From Minisyncoccota bacterium (GTDB lineage: Bacteria; Patescibacteriota; Minisyncoccia; JAHIHE01; JAGLIN01), in NCBI GenBank assembly GCA_028690055.1, contig JAQVBZ010000006.1, positions 392 to 64,391 of the forward strand: a DNA stretch of 64,000 bases, written 5' to 3'. Positions 62,914-64,000 of the stretch are shown here, piece by piece. Under the pieces are notes generated by a model. The model worked only from the letters and a program-made list of their open reading frames with translations. It was not told where the DNA came from and did not search any database. Position numbers and translations under genes: made by a program. Numbering within the stretch: the stretch's first letter is position 1; the number at the start of each line of letters is the position of its first letter.

Positions 62914-63714
62914 TTAAAATTCTATCGAATCCCCCACTTGCAGCCCCAATTCCTGCGCCGCATCCCCCCCCTGGCGGATAATTTCCAAAAATCTTTTATT
63001 GCCGAAACCGGAACTCCCTTCCACGACACCGATTTCTTTATCCGGAAGATCCTTGAGCCTTTCTGAAAATACAAAAGAACGTTTTTCTCCCCTGATAGAA
63101 ACCTGCACCTCTTCGCCATTTTTGAAATCAAAATTCTCTCCCAAAAAAGTAGTTTTCACATTGCCGAAATTGTCGATGAACCATACTCCCTCCGGAACGT
63201 CCTTAATTTCCGACAGGCCAAGTTTTTCCTTAGGCAAGTCATATTTCCGCCAAACCCAATCCGCGGCGCGGGGCAGGAAATTGAAACTGCGGAATTGAGT
63301 GTTAATGATGCGACGCTTATTCTCACCGTCCAGTTCCGTATCGCTGATAAAATTCATCACCTCCTCTATATCTAACACAAAAAATTCCGAGATTAGGTCA
63401 AGCTTATTACAAAGAGACAACACCAATCCGTCAACAGAAGAAACTACTAAAGTTTCACCGTGGCGGAAATAACCGAACGGAGTACCGTTTTTCCATTTTT
63501 TGGCTTCACCGTTACGAGGTGCGACATTCACCAAAACCACCCCTTCGCGGCCATCAAAGGCATCCAGCGCATCAATCAGGAATCCCGCCGCTTCAAGCTC
63601 GGATTTCACCGCGAAACAATTTACTCCCGCATTCGGAAAAAGCGATCCGGCGCGTGAAATCTGCCGCAATTGTGCATTCTCGTCAAAACAATCGTTTATG
63701 ATTGAAATTTGCAT
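62914..63714 (-). CDS. DUF62 / SAM hydroxide adenosyltransferase family protein, divergent N-terminal domain
   Basis: C-terminal IDNFGNVKT, GSSG...LEII..GG.AA..LGL..GD. Confidence 0.8.
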   Translation of the reverse strand: MQISIINDCFDENAQLRQISRAGSLFPNAGVNCFAVKSELEAAGFLIDALDAFDGREGVVLVNVAPRNGEAKKWKNGTPFGYFRHGETLVVSSVDGLVLSLCNKLDLISEFFVLDIEEVMNFISDTELDGENKRRIINTQFRSFNFLPRAADWVWRKYDLPKEKLGLSEIKDVPEGVWFIDNFGNVKTTFLGENFDFKNGEEVQVSIRGEKRSFVFSERLKDLPDKEIGVVEGSSGFGNKRFLEIIRQGGDAAQELGLQVGDSIEF

Positions 63715-63741
63715 TTTATTATTATAAATTATTTTAACTAT

Positions 63742-63807
63742 AAAAAAACCGGCCGTAAGGACCGTTATATTTCAAAAATAAAACTCCGATCCTTCTTAGA
63801 CGGTAAA
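63742..63807 (-). promoter_or_regulatory. Met-responsive transcription attenuator
   Basis: antiterminator AAGGAUCG (63794-63787) pairs with CGGUCCUU (63764-63757); terminator CGGUC-CUUAC-GGCCG-G-U7 (63764-63742). Confidence 0.75.
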
Positions 63808-63849
63808 CATCATCATATCCATCATCATTTTTTCGTAATTTTTTTCCAT
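63796..63849 (-). CDS. leader peptide MEKNYEKMMMDMMMFTV
   Basis: 17-codon ORF with ATG ATG ATG GAT ATG ATG ATG between the promoter and the terminator. Confidence 0.8.
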   Translation of the reverse strand: MEKNYEKMMMDMMMFTV

Positions 63850-63880
63850 ACAAAATTGGCTTGATAAGCTTTATATCTCC

Positions 63881-63909
63881 ATAATATAAAATATGGGGGA
63901 TGGTGTCAA
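63881..63909 (-). promoter_or_regulatory. sigma70 promoter of the Met leader
   Basis: TTGACA-17-TATTAT. Confidence 0.7.
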
Positions 63910-64000
63910 GAGAAAGTGGCTCTATACTAACAAGTGTGGTGGATAAATCAAAAATAGTGGTAAGCTTAGCTTAAAACAAGAGTTACCCAACTCAAAGCTA

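Overview
This window looks like a Patescibacteria (CPR; Parcubacteria-like) chromosomal segment using genetic code 11. The assignment is inferred from gene content and from the mostly Shine-Dalgarno-less starts of housekeeping genes. Core genes include lower glycolysis (tpiA, gap, pgk, eno, gpmI), a PfkB kinase, an ADP-forming acetyl-CoA synthetase, PFOR gamma/delta, gdhA, trxA/trxB, a ferredoxin, a minimal SufC/SufB-like pair, a complete F1Fo atp operon, prmC, rplY, murE, lgt, a short uvrC, a P-type ATPase and a CPR-type VirD4/TraG-like ATPase. The most notable signals are below the ORF-track cutoff: two trp-style leader-peptide attenuators for sulfur amino acids. One is MEKNYEKMMMDMMMFTV (six internal Met codons) ahead of a divergent DUF62/SAM hydroxide adenosyltransferase. 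The other is MKSTQSQSVCCLRVTVLR (Cys-Cys) ahead of cysteine synthase. Each has a sigma70 promoter, an antiterminator arm at the leader stop codon and an intrinsic terminator. Intergenic space is packed with small palindromic elements: about 20 TGTCAT...ATGACA copies or arms associated with a deleted GIY-YIG nuclease gene, GTAG-type REP/REPIN elements (two form 134-bp inverted arms around a cargo gene), and several orphan mini-genes, many with their own promoter and many with a single inactivating lesion.
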